Assembly: GCA_964016885.1 (NCBI GenBank)
Contig: OZ024741.1
Location: 24,366,001-24,430,000 of the forward strand
Direction of reading: 5' to 3'
DNA length: 64,000 nt
DNA from: Eledone cirrhosa
Taxonomy: Eukaryota
Both the position numbers and the translations under genes were made by a program. Shown here piece after piece: positions 13,901-27,800 of this stretch. Positions within the stretch are counted from its first letter, which is position 1, and every line of letters starts with the position of its first letter. The notes under the pieces are model-generated. The model worked only from the letters and a program-made list of their open reading frames with translations, was not told where the DNA came from and did not search any database.

Positions 13901-16900
13901 CAGTACATATATAGTAAAAGACTGTGCTTCAGCTGTCACCTAACCCTAATCCAGTACATATATAGTAAATGACTGTGCTTCAGCTGTCACCTAACCCTAA
14001 TCCAGTACATATATAGTAAAAGACCGTGCCTCAGCTGTGACCTAACCCTAATCCAGTACATATATAGTAAAAGAGCGTGCCTCAGCTATGACCTAACCCT
14101 AATCCAGTACATATATAGTAAAAGACCGTGCTTCAGCCACGATCTAACCCTAATCCAGTACATATATAGTAAAAGATCATGCCTAAGCTCTGACCTAACC
14201 TTAATCCAGTACATATATAGTAAAAAACTGTGCCTCAGCTGTGACCTAACCATAATCCAGTAGATATATAGTAAAAGACCGTGCTTCAGCCACGATCTAA
14301 CCCTAATCCAGTACATATATAGTAAAAGATCATGCCTCAGCTGTGACCTAACCTTAATCCAGTACATATATAGTAAAAAACTGTGCCTCAGCTGTGACCT
14401 AACCCTAATCCAGTAAATATATAGTAAAAGAGCGTGCCTCAGCTGTGCCCTATCCCTAATCCAGTACATATATAGTAAAAGACCGTGCTTCAGCCATGAC
14501 CTAACCTTAATCCAGTACATATATAGTAAAAGACTGTGCTTCAGCCATGACCTAACCCTAATCCAGTACATATATAGTAAAAGACTGTGCTTCAGCTGTC
14601 ACCTAACCCTAATCCAGTACATATATATTAAATGACTGTGCTTCAGCCATGACCTAACCCTAATCCAGTACATATATATTAAAAGACTGTGCTTCAGCCA
14701 TGACCTAACCCTAATCCAGTACATATATAGTAAAAGACTGTGCTTCAGCTGTCACCTAACTCTAATCCAGTACATATATAGTAAAAGACCGTGCCTCAGC
14801 CATGACCTTTCCCTAATCCAGTACATATATAGTAAAAGACTGTGCTTCAGCTGTCACCTAACCTTAATCCAGTACATATATAATAAAAGACCGTGCTTCA
14901 GCTGTCACCTAACCTTAATCCAGTACATATATAGTAAAAGACTGTGCTTCTGCTGTCACCTAACTCTAATCCAGTACATATATAGTAAAAGACTGTGCTT
15001 CAGCTGTCACCTAACTCTAATCCAGTACATATATAGTAAAAGACCGTGCCTCAGCCATGACCTAACTCTAATCCAGTACATATATAGTAAAAGACTGTGC
15101 TTCAGCTGTCACCTAACCCTAATCCAGTACATATATAGTAAAAGACCGTGCCTCAGCCATGACCTAACCCTAATCCAGTACATATATAGTAAAAGACTGT
15201 GCTTCAGCCATGACCTAACCCTAATCCAGTACATATATAGTAAAAGACTGTGCTTCAGCCATGACCTAACTCTAATCCAGTACATATATAGTAAAAGACT
15301 GTGCTTCAGCTGTCACCTAACTCGAATCCAGTACATATATAGTAAAAAACTGTGCTTTAGCCATGACCCAACCCTAATCCCGTACATATATAGTAAAAGA
15401 CTGTGCTTCAGCCATGACCTAACCCTAATCCAGTACATATATAGTAAAAGACTGTGCTTCAGCCATGACCTAACCCTAATCCAGTACATATATAGTAAAA
15501 GACTGTGCTTCAGCCATGACCTAACCCTAATCCAGTACATATATAGTAAAAGACTGTGCTTCAGCCATGACCTAACCCTAATCCAGTACATATATAGTAA
15601 AAGACTGTGCTTCGGCTGTCACCTAACTCTAATCCAGTACATATATAGTAAAAGACTGTGCTTCAGCTGTCACCTAACTCTAATCCAGTACATATATAGT
15701 AAAAGACCCTGCCTCAGCCATGACCTAACTCTAATCCAGTACATATATAGTAAAAGACTGTGCTTCAGCAATGACCTAACCCTAATCTAGTACATATATA
15801 GTAAAAGACTGTGCTTCAGCTGTCACCTAACCCTAATCCAGTACATATATAGTAAAAGACCGTGCTTCAGCTGTCACCTAACACTAATCCAGTACATATA
15901 TAGTAAAAGACTGTGCTTCAGCTGTCACCTAACCCTAATCCAGTACATATATAGTAAAAGACTGTGCTTCAGCTGTCACCTAACACTAATCCAGTACATA
16001 TATAGTAAAAGACTGTGCTTCAGCTATGACCTAACTCTAATCCAGTACATATATAGTAAAAGACTGTGCTTCAGCTGTGACCTAACTCTAATCCAGTACA
16101 TATATAGTAAAAGACTGTGCTTCAGCTGTCACCTAACCTTAACCAGTACATATATAGTAAAAGACCGTGCTTCAGCTGTCACCTAACCTTAATCCAGTAC
16201 ATATATAGTAAAGACCGTGCTTCAGCTGTCACATAACCCTAATCCAGTACATATATAGTAAAAGACTGTGCTTCAGCCATGACATAACCCTAATCCAGTA
16301 CATATATAGTAAAAGGCTGTGTTTCAGCTGTCACCTAACTCTAATCCAGTACATATATAGTAAAAGACTGTGCTTCAGCTGTCACCTAAGCCTAATCCAG
16401 TACATATATAGTAAAAGACTGTGCTTCAGCCATGACCTAACCATAATCCAGTACATATATAGTAAAAGACTGTGCTTCAGCCATGACCTAACCCTAATCC
16501 AGTACATATATAGTAAAAGACTGTGCTTCAGCCTTGACGTAACCCTAATCCAGTACATATATAGAAAAAGACCGTGCTTCAGCTGTCACCTAACCCTAAT
16601 CCAGTACATATATAATAAAAGAATGTGCTTCAGCCATGACCTAACCCTAATCCAGTACATATATAGTAAAAGACTGTGCTTCTGCTGTCACCTAACTCTA
16701 ATCCAGTACATATATAGTAAAAGACTGTGCTTCAGCTGTCACCTAACTCTAACCCAGTACATATATAGTAAAAGACCGTGCCTCAGCCATGACCTAACTC
16801 TAATCCAGTACATATATAGTAAAAGACTGTGCTTCAGCTGTCACCTAACCCTAATCCAGTACATATATAGTAAAAGACCGTGCCTCAGCCATGACCCAAG

Positions 16901-19679
16901 CCTCATCCAGTACATATATAGGAAAAGACTGTGCTTCAGCCATGACCTAACCCTAATCCAGTACATATATAGTAAAAGACTGTGCTTCAACTGTCACCTA
17001 ACCCTAATCCAGTACATATATAGTAAAAGACTGTGCTGCAGCCATGACCTAACCCTAATCCAGTACATATATAGTAAAAGACCGTCCTTCAGCTGTCACC
17101 TAAACTTAATCCAGTACATATATAGTAAAAGACTGTGCTTCAGCTGTCACCTAACTCTAATCCAGTACATATATAGTAAAAGACCGTGCTTCAGCTGTCA
17201 CCTAACCTTAATTCAGTACATATATAGTAAAAGACCGTGCTTCAGCTGTCACCTAACCTTAATCCAGTACATATATATTAAAAGACCGTGCTTCAGCTGT
17301 CACCTAACCTTAATCCAGTACATATATAGTAAAAGACTGTGCTTCAGCTGTGACCTAACCCTAATCCAGTACATATATAGTAAAAGACTGTGCTTCAGCC
17401 ATGACCTAACACTAATCCAGTACATATATAGTAAAAGACTATGCTTCAGCTGTCACCTAACTCTAATCCAGTACATATATAGTAAAAGACTGTGCTTCAG
17501 CTTTGACCTAACCCTAATCCAGTACATATATAGTAAAAGACTGTGCTTCAGCTGTCACCTAACCCTAATCCAGTACATATATAGTAAAAGACTGTGCTTC
17601 AGCTGTCACCTAACCCTAATCCAGTACATATATAGTAAAAGACTGTGCTTCAGCTGTCACCTAACCCTAATCCAGTACATATATAGTAAAAGACTGTGCT
17701 TCAGCTGTCACCTAACCCTAATCCAGTACATATATAGTAAAAGACTGTGCTTCAGCTGTCACCTAACTCTAATCCAGTACATATATAGTAAAAGACCGTG
17801 CTTCAGCTGTCACCTAACCCTAATCCAGTACATATATAGTAAAAGACTGTGCTTCAGCTGTCACCTAACTCTAATCCAGTACATATATAGTAAAAGACTG
17901 TGCTTCAGCCATGACCTAACTCTAATCCAGTACATATATAGTAAAAGACTGTGCTTCAGCTGTCACCTAACCCTTATCCAGTACATATATAGTAAAAGAC
18001 TGTGCTTCAGCCATGACATAACCCTAATCCAGTACATATATAGTAAAAGACTGTGCTTCATCCATGACCTAACCCTAATCCAGTACATATATAGTAAAAG
18101 ACCATGCTTCAGCTGTCACCTAAATCTAATCCAGTACATATATAGTAAAAGACCGTGCATCAGCCATGATCTAACACTAATCCAGTACATATATAGTAAA
18201 AGACTGTGCTTCAGCTGTCACCTAACCCTAATCCAGTACATATATAGTAAAAGACTGTGCTTCAGCTGTCACCTAACCCTAATCCAGTACATATATAGTA
18301 AAAGACCGTGCTTCAGCTGTCACCTAACCCTAATCCAGTACATATATAGTAAAAGACCGTGCTTCAGCTGTCACCTAACCTTAATCCAGTACATATATAG
18401 TAAAAGACTGTGCTTCAGCTGTCAGCTAACCTTAATCCAGTACATATATAGTAAAAGACCGTGCTTCAGCTGTCACCTAACCTTAATCCAGTACACATAT
18501 AGTAAAAGACCGTGCTTCAGCTGTCACCTAACCTTAATCCAGTACATATATAGTAAAAGACTGTGCTTCAGCTGTCACCTAACCCTAATCCAGTACATAT
18601 ATAGTAAAAGACCGTGCTTCAGCTGTCACCTAACCTTAATCCAGTACACATATAGTAAAAGACCGTGCTTCCGCTGTCACCTAACTTTAATCCAGTACAT
18701 ATATAGTAAAAGACCGTGCTTCAGCTGTCACCTAACTCTAATCCAGTACATATATAGTAAAAGACTGTGCTTCAGCTGTCACCTAACCTTAATCCAGTAC
18801 ACATATAGTAAAAGACTGTGCTTCCGCTGTCACCTAACTTTAATCCAGTAAATATATAGTAAAAGAATGTGCTTCAGCTGTCACCTAACTCTAATCCAGT
18901 ACATATATAGTAAAAGACTGTGCTTCAGCTGTCACCTAACTCTAATCCAGTACATATATAGTAAAAGACCGTGCCTCAGCCATGACCTAACCCTAATCCA
19001 GTACATATATAGTAAAAGACTGTGCTGGAGCCATGACCTAACCCTAATCCAGTACATATATAGTAAAAGACTGTGCTTCAGTTGTGACCTAACCCTAATC
19101 CAGTACATATATAGTAAAAGACTGTGCTTCAGCCATGACCTAACACTAATCCAGTACATATATAGTAAAAGACTGTGCTTCAGCTGTCACCTAACCCTAA
19201 TCCAGTACATATATAGTAAAAGACTGTGCTGGAGCCATGACCTAACCCTAATCCAGTACATATATAGTAAAAGACTGTGCTTCAGCTGTGACCTAACCCT
19301 AATCCAGTACATATATAGTAAAAGACTGTGCTTCAGCCATGACCTAACACTAATCCAGTACATATATAGTAAAAGACTGTGCTGGAGCCATGACCTAACC
19401 CTAATCCAGTACATATATAGTAAAAGACTGTGCTTCAGCTGTGACCTAACCCTAATCCAGTACATATATAGTAAAAGACTGTGCTTCAGCCATGACCTAA
19501 CACTAATCCAGTACATATATAGTAAAAGACTGTGCTTCAGCCATGACCTAACTCTAATCCAGTACATATATAGTAAAAGACTGTGCTTCAGCCATGACCT
19601 AACTCTAATCCAGTACATATATAGTAAAAGACTGTGCTTCAGCCATGACCTAACTCTAATCCAGTACATATATAGTAAA

Positions 19680-21860
19680 AGACTGTGCTTCAGCCATGAC
19701 CTAACTCTAATCCAGTACATATATAGTAAAAGACTGTGCTTCAGCTTTGACCTAACCCTAATCCAGTACATATATAGTAAAAGACTGTGCTTCCGCTGTC
19801 ACCTAACCCTAATCCAGTACATATATAGTAAAAGACTGTGCTTCAGGTGTCACCTAACCCTAATCCAGTACATATATAGTAAAAGACCGTGCTTCAGCTG
19901 TCACCTAACCCTAATCCAGTACATATATAGTAAAAGACTGTGCTTCAGCTGTCACCTAACTCTAATCCAGTACATATATAGTAAAAGACTGTGCTTCAGC
20001 TGTCACCTATCTCTAATCCAGTACATATATAGTAAAAGACTGTGCCTCAGCTGTGACCTAACCCTAATCCAGTACATATATAGTAAAAGACTGTGCTTTT
20101 CTGTCACCTAACTCTAATCCGGTACATATATAGTAAAAGACTGTGCTTCAGCTGTCACCTAACTCTAATCCAGTACATATATAGTAAAAGACTGTGCTTC
20201 AGCCATGACCTAACTCTAATCCAGTACATATATAGTAAAAGACTGTGCTTCAGCTGTCACCTAACCCTTATCCAGTACATATATAGTAAAAGACTGTGCT
20301 TCAGCCATGACCTAACCCTAATCCAGTACATATATAGTAAAAGACTGTGCTTCATCCATGACCTAACCCTAATCCAGTACATATATAGTAAAAGACCGTG
20401 ATTCAGCTGTCACCTAAATCTAATCCAGTACATATATAGTAAAAGACCGTGCTTCAGCTGTCACCTAACTCTAATCCAGTACATATATAGTAAAAGACTG
20501 TGCTTCAGCTGTCACCTAACCTTAATCCAGTAAACATATAGTAAAAGACCGTGCTTCCGCTGTCACCTAACTTTAATCCAGTACATATATAGTAAAAGAC
20601 TGTGCTTCAGCTGTCACCTAACTCTAATCCAGTACATATATAGTAAAAGACTGTGCTTCAGCTGTCACCTAACTCTAATCCAGTACATATATAGTAAAAG
20701 ACTGTGCTTCAGCTGTGACCTAACCCTAATCCAGTACATCTATAGTAAAAGACTGTGCCTCAGCTGTCACCTAACCCTAATCCAGTACATATATAGTAAA
20801 AGACTGTGCTTCAGCCATGACCTAACACTAATCCAGTACATATTTAGTAAAAGACTGTGCTTCAGCCATGACCTAACTCTAATCCAGTACATATATAGTA
20901 AAAGACTGTGCTTCAGCTTTGACCTAACCCTAATCCAGTACATATATAGTAAAAGACTGTGCTTCCGCTGTCACCTAACCCTAATCCAGTACATATATAG
21001 TAAAAGACTGTGCTTCAGGTGTCACCTAACCCTAATCCAGTACATATATAGTAAAAGACCGTGCTTCAGCTGTCACCTAACCCTAATCCAGTACATATAT
21101 AGTAAAAGACTGTGCTTCAGCTGTCACCTAACTCTAATCCAGTACATATATAGTAAAAGACTGTGCTTCAGCTGTCACCTATCTCTAATCCAGTACATAT
21201 ATAGTAAAAGACTGTGCCTCAGCTGTGACCTAACCCTAATCCAGTACATATATAGTAAAAGACTGTGCTTTTCTGTCACCTAACTCTAATCCGGTACATA
21301 TATAGTAAAAGACTGTGCTTCAGCTGTCACCTAACTCTAATCCAGTACATATATAGTAAAAGACTGTGCTTCAGCCATGACCTAACTCTAATCCAGTACA
21401 TATATAGTAAAAGACTGTGCTTCAGCTGTCACCTAACCCTTATCCAGTACATATATAGTAAAAGACTGTGCTTCAGCCATGACCTAACCCTAATCCAGTA
21501 CATATATAGTAAAAGACTGTGCTTCATCCATGACCTAACCCTAATCCAGTACATATATAGTAAAAGACCGTGATTCAGCTGTCACCTAAATCTAATCCAG
21601 TACATATATAGTAAAAGACCGTGCTTCAGCTGTCACCTAACTCTAATCCAGTACATATATAGTAAAAGACTGTGCTTCAGCTGTCACCTAACCTTAATCC
21701 AGTAAACATATAGTAAAAGACCGTGCTTCCGCTGTCACCTAACTTTAATCCAGTACATATATAGTAAAAGACTGTGCTTCAGCTGTCACCTAACTCTAAT
21801 CCAGTACATATATAGTAAAAGACTGTGCTTCAGCTGTCACCTAACTCTAATCCAGTACAT
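19680..21860 (+). repeat. Near-tandem duplication with a 23-monomer (1172 bp) offset
   Basis: Identical ORFs at 20093 and 21265 (offset 1172 = 23x51-1). Both copies share the rare variants CAGGTGTC, GTGATTCAG and CAGTAAACAT. Confidence 0.85.
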
Positions 21861-24800
21861 ATATAGTAAAAGACCGTGCCTCAGCCATGACCTAACCCTA
21901 ATCCAGTACATATATAGTAAAAGACTGTGCTGGAGCCATGACCTAACCCTAATCCAGTACATATATAGTAAAAGACTGTGCTTCAGCCATGACCTAACAC
22001 TAATACTGTACATATATAGTAAAAGACTGTGCTTCAGCTGTGTCCTAACCCTAATCCAGTACATATATAGTAAAAGACTGTGCTTCAGCCATGACCTAAC
22101 ACTAATCCAGTACATATATAGTAAAAGACTGTGCTGGAGCCATGACCTAACCCTAATCCAGTACATATATAGTAAAAGACTGTGCTTCAGCTGTGACCTA
22201 ACCCTAATCCAGTACATATATAGTAAAAGACTGTGCTTCAGCCATGACCTAACACTAATCCAGTACATATATAGTAAAAGACTGTGCTGCAGCCATCACC
22301 TAACTCTAATCCAGTACATATATAGTAAAAGACTGTGCTTCAGCTTTGACCTAACCCTAATCCAGTACATATATAGGAAAAGACTGTGCTTCAGCTGTCA
22401 TCTAACCCTAATCCAGTACATATATAGTAAAAGACTGTGCTTCAGCTGTCACCTAACCCTAATCCAGTACATATATAGTAAAAGACTGTGCTTCAGCTGT
22501 CACCTAACCCTAATCCAGTACATATATAGTAAAAGACTGTGCTTCAGCTGTCACCTAACCCTAATCCAGTACATATATAGTAAAAGACTGTGCTTCAGCT
22601 GTCACCTAACTCTAATCCAGTACATATATAGTAAAAGACCGTGCTTCAGCTGTCACCTAACCCTAGTCCAGTACATATATAGTAAAAGACTGTGCTTCAG
22701 CCATGACCTAACACTAATCCAGTACATATATAGTAAAAGACTATGCTTCAGCTGTCACCTAACTCTAATCCAGTACATATATAGTAAAAGACTGTGCTTC
22801 AGCTTTGACCTAACCCTAATCCAGTACATATATAGTAAAAGACTGTGCTTCTGCTGTCACCTAACCCTAATCCAGTACATATATAGTAAAAGACTGTGCT
22901 TCAGCTGTCACCTAACTCTAATCCAGTACATATATAGTAAAAGACTGTGCTTCAGCTGTCACCTATCTCTAACCCAGTACATATATAGTAAAAGACTGTG
23001 CCTCAGCTGTGACCTAACCCTAATCCAGTACATATATAGTAAAAGACTGTGCTTTTCTGTCACCTAACTCTAATCCGGTATATATATAGTAAAAAAATAT
23101 GCTTCAGCTGTCACCTAACTCTAATCCAGTACATATATAGTAAAAGACTGTGCTTCAGCCATGACCTAACCCTAATCCAGTACATATATAGTAAAAGACT
23201 GTGCTTCAGCTGTGACCTAACCCTAATCCAGTACATATATAGTAAAAGACCGTGCCTCAGCCATGACCTAACCCTAATCCAGTACATATATAGTAAAAGA
23301 CTGTGCTTCAGCTGTCACCTAACTCTAATCCAGTACATATATAGTAAAAGACTGTGCTTCAGCTGTCACCTAACTCTAATCCAGTACATATATAGTAAAA
23401 GACCGTGCTTCAGCTGTCACCTAACTCTAATCCAGTACATATATAGTAAAAGACTGTGCTTCAGCTGTCACCTAACCTTAATCCAGTACACATATTGTAA
23501 AAGACCGTGCTTCCGCTGTCACCTAACTTTAATCCAGTACATATATAGTAAAAGACTGTGCTTCAGCTGTCACCTAACTCTAATCCAGTACATATATAAT
23601 AAAAGACCGTGCCTCAGCCATGACCTAACCCTAATCCAGTACATATATAGTAAAAGACTGTGCTGGAGCCATGACCTAACCCTAATCTAGTACATATATA
23701 GTAAAAGACTGTGCTTCAGCTGTGACCTAACCCTAATCCAGTACATATATAGTAAAAGACTGTGCTGGAGCCATGACCTAACCCTAATACAGTACATATA
23801 TAGTAAAAGACTGTGCTTCAGCTGTGTCCTAACCCTAATCCAGTACATATATAGTAAAAGACTGTGCTTCAGCTGTGACCTAACCCTAATCCAGTACATA
23901 TATAGTAAAAGACTGTGCTTCAGCCATGACCTAACACTAATCCAGTACATATATAGTAAAAGACTATGCTTCAGCTGTCACCTAACTCTAATCCAGTACA
24001 TATATAGTAAAAGACTGTGCTTCAGCTTTGACCTAACCCTAATCCAGTACATATATAGTAAAAGACTGTGCTTCAGCTGTCACCTAACCCTAATCCAGTA
24101 CATATATAGTAAAAGACTGTGCTTCAGCTGTCACCTAACCCTAATCCAGTACATATATAGTAAAAGACTGTGCTTCAGCTGTCACCTAACCCTAATCCAG
24201 TACATATATAGTAAAAGACTGTGCTTCAGCTGTCACCTAACCCTAATCCAGTACATATATAGTAAAAGACTGTGCTTCAGCTGTCACCTAACTCTAATCC
24301 AGTACATATATAGTAAAAGACTGTGCTTCAGCTGTCACCTATCTCTAATCCAGTACATATATAGTAAAAGACTGTGCCTCAGCTGTGACCTAACTCTAAT
24401 CCAGTACATATATAGTAAAAGACTGTGCTTTTCTGTCACCTAACTCTAATCCGGTACATATATAGTAAAAGACTGTGCTTCAGCTGTCACCTAACTCTAA
24501 TCCAGTACATATATAGTAAAAGACTGTGCTTCAGCCATGACCTAACTCTAATCCAGTACATATATAGTAAAAGACTGTGCTTCAGCTGTCACCTAACCCT
24601 TATCCAGTACATATATAGTAAAAGACTGTGCTTCAGCCATGACCTAACCCTAATCCAGTACATATATAGTAAAAGACTGTGCTTCATCCATGACCTAACC
24701 CTAATCCAGTACATATATAGTAAAAGACCGTGCTTCAGCTGTCACCTAAATCTAATCCAGTACATATATAGTAAAAGACTGTGCTTCAGCCATGACCTAA

Positions 24801-27800
24801 CCCTAATCCAGTACATATATAGTAAAAGACTGTGCTTCAGCTGTCACCTAACTCTAATCCAGTACATATATAGTAAAAGACTGTGCTTCAGCTGTCACCT
24901 AAGTCTAATCCAGTACATATATAGTAAAAGACTGTGCTTCAGCTGTGACCTAACCCTAATCCAGTACATATATAGTAAAAGACCGTGCCTCAACCATGAC
25001 CTAACCCTAATCCAGTACATATATAGTAAAAGACTGTGCTTCAGCTGTGACCTAACCCTAATCCAGTACATATATAGTAAAAGACCGTGCCTCAGCCATG
25101 ACCTAACCCTAATCCAGTACATATATAGTAAAAGACTGTGCTTCAGCTGTCACCTAACTCTAATCCAGTACATATATAGTAAAAGACTGTGCTTCAGCTG
25201 TCACCTAACTCTAATCCAGTACATATATAGTAAAAGACCGTGCTTCAGCTGTCACCTAACTCTAATCCAGTACATATATAGTAAAAGACTGTGCTTCAGC
25301 TGTCACCTAAACTTAATCCAGTACACATATAGTAAAAGACCGTGCTTCCGCTGTCACCTAACTTTAATCCAGTACATATATAGTAAAAGACTGTGCTTCA
25401 GCTGTCACCTAACTCTAATCCAGTACATATATAGTAAAAGACTGTGCTTCAGCTGTCACCTAACTCTAATCCAGTACATATATAGTAAAAGACCGTGCCT
25501 CAGCCATGACCTAACCCTAATCCAGTACATATATAGTAAAAGACTGTGCTGGAGCCATGACCTAACCCTAATCTAGTACATATATAGTAAAAGACTGTGC
25601 TTCAGCTGTGACCTAACCCTAATCCAGTACATATATAGTAAAAGACTGTGCTTCAGCCATGACCTAACACTAATCCAGTACATATATAGTAAAAGACTGT
25701 GCTTCAGCTGTCACCTAACCCTAATCCAGTACATATATAGTAAAAGACTGTGCTGGAGCCATGACCTAACCCTAATACAGTACATATATAGTAAAAGACT
25801 GTGCTTCAGCTGTGACGTGACCCTAATCCAGTACATATATAGTAAAAGACTGTGCTTCAGCCATGACCTAACACTAATCCAGTACATATATAGTAAAAGA
25901 CTGTGCTGGAGCCATGACCTAACCCTAATCCAGTACATATATAGTAAAAGACTGTGCTTCAGCTGTGACCTAACCCTAATCCAGTACATATATAGTAAAA
26001 GACTGTGCTTCAGCCATGACCTAACACTAATCCAGTACATATATAGTAAAAGACTATGCTTCAGCTGTCACCTAACTCTAATCCAGTACATATATAGTAA
26101 AAGACTGTGCTTCAGCTTTGACCTAACCCTAATCCAGTACATATATAGTAAAAGACTGTGCTTCAGCTGTCACGTAACCCTAATCCAGTACATATATAAT
26201 AAAAGACTGTGCTTCAGCTGTCACCTAACCCTAATCCAGTACATATATAGTAAAAGACTGTGCTTCAGCTGTCACCTAACTCTAATCCAGTACATATATA
26301 GTAAAAGACTGTGCTTCAGCTGTCACCTATCTCTAATCCAGTACATATATAGTAAAAGACTGTGCCTCAGCTGTGACCTAACCCTAATCCAGTACATATA
26401 TAGTAAAAGACTGTGCTTTTCTGTCACCTAACTCTAATCCGGTACATATATAGTAAAAGACTGTGCTTCAGCTGTCACCTAACTCTAATCCAGTACATAT
26501 ATAGTAAAAGACTGTGCTTCAGCCATGACCTAACCCTAATCCAGTACATATATAGTAAAAGACTGTGCTTCATCCATGACCTAACCCTAATCCAGTACAT
26601 ATATAGTAAAAGACCGTGCTTCAGCTGTCACCTAAATCTAATCCAGTACATATATAGTAAAAGACTGTGCTTCAGCCATGACCTAACCCTAATCCAGTAC
26701 ATATATAGTAAAAGACTGTGCTTCAGCTGTCACCTAACTCTAATCCAGTACATATATAGTAAAAGACTGTGCTTCAGCTGTTACCTAAGTCTAATCCAGT
26801 ACATATATAGTAAAAGACTGTGCTTCAGCTGTGACCTAACCCTAATCCAGTACGTATATAGTAAAAGACCGTCCCTCAGCCATGACCTAACCCTAATCCA
26901 GTACATATATAGTAAAAGACTATGCTTCAGCTGTCACCTAACTCTAATCCAGTACATATATAGTAAAAGACCGTGCTTCAGCTGTCACCTAACCTTAATC
27001 CAGTACATATATAGTAAAAGACCGTGCTTCAGCTGTCACCTAACCTTAATCTAGTACATATATAGTAAAAGACTGTGCTTCAGCTGTCACCTAACTCTAA
27101 TCCAGTACATATATAGTAAAAGACCGTGCTTCAGCTGTCACCTAACCTTAATCCAGTACATATATAGTAAAAGACCATGCTTCAGCTGTCACCTAACCCT
27201 AATCCAGTACATATATAGTAAAGACCGTGCTTCAGCTGTCACCTAACCTTAATCCAGTACATATATAGTAAAAGACTGTGCTTCAGCTGTCACCTAACTC
27301 TAATCCAGTACATATATAGTAAAAGACCGTGCTTCAGCTGTCACCTAACCTTAATCCAGTACATATATAGTAAAAGACTGTGCTTCAGCTGTCACCTAAC
27401 CTTAATCCAGTACACATATAGTAAAAGACCGTGCTTCCGCTGTCACCTAACTTTAATCCAGTACATATATAGTAAAAGACTGTGCTTCAGCTGTCACCTA
27501 TCTCTAATCCAGTACATATATAGTAAAAGACTGTGCTTCAGCTGTCACCTAACTCTAATCCAGTACGTATATAGTAAAAGACCGTGCTTCAGCTGTCACC
27601 TAACTCTAATCCAGTACATATATAGTAAAAGACTGTGCTTCAGCTTTGACCTAACCCTAATCCAGTACATATATAGTAAAAGACTGTGCTTCAGCTGTCA
27701 CCTAACTCTAATCCAGTACATATATAGTAAAAGACCGTGCTTCAGCTTTCACCTAACCTTAATCCAGTACATATATAGTAAAAGACTGTGCTTCAGCTGT

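Larger units (their letters stand above)
1..15750 (+). repeat. Domain A: rich in the CATG variant, made of nested 1.9-3.5 kb duplications
   Basis: Long runs of CAGCCAT(G/A)ACC monomers (e.g. 5350-5860, 8870-9380, 11980-12530). Characteristic markers are GAGCGTGCC, GACCTTTCCC, AACTCGAATCC, GACCCTGCC, CCATAACC and TCCTGTACATATGTAG. Boundaries are approximate. Confidence 0.8.

Noticed and set aside
16623-18851. Degenerate C2H2 zinc-finger array (FSxxxxLIQ...KRP resembles FSxxSxLIQH...EKP)
   Set aside because: The period is 17 aa rather than 28. The HxxxH pair and TGEKP linker are absent, so the resemblance is superficial.
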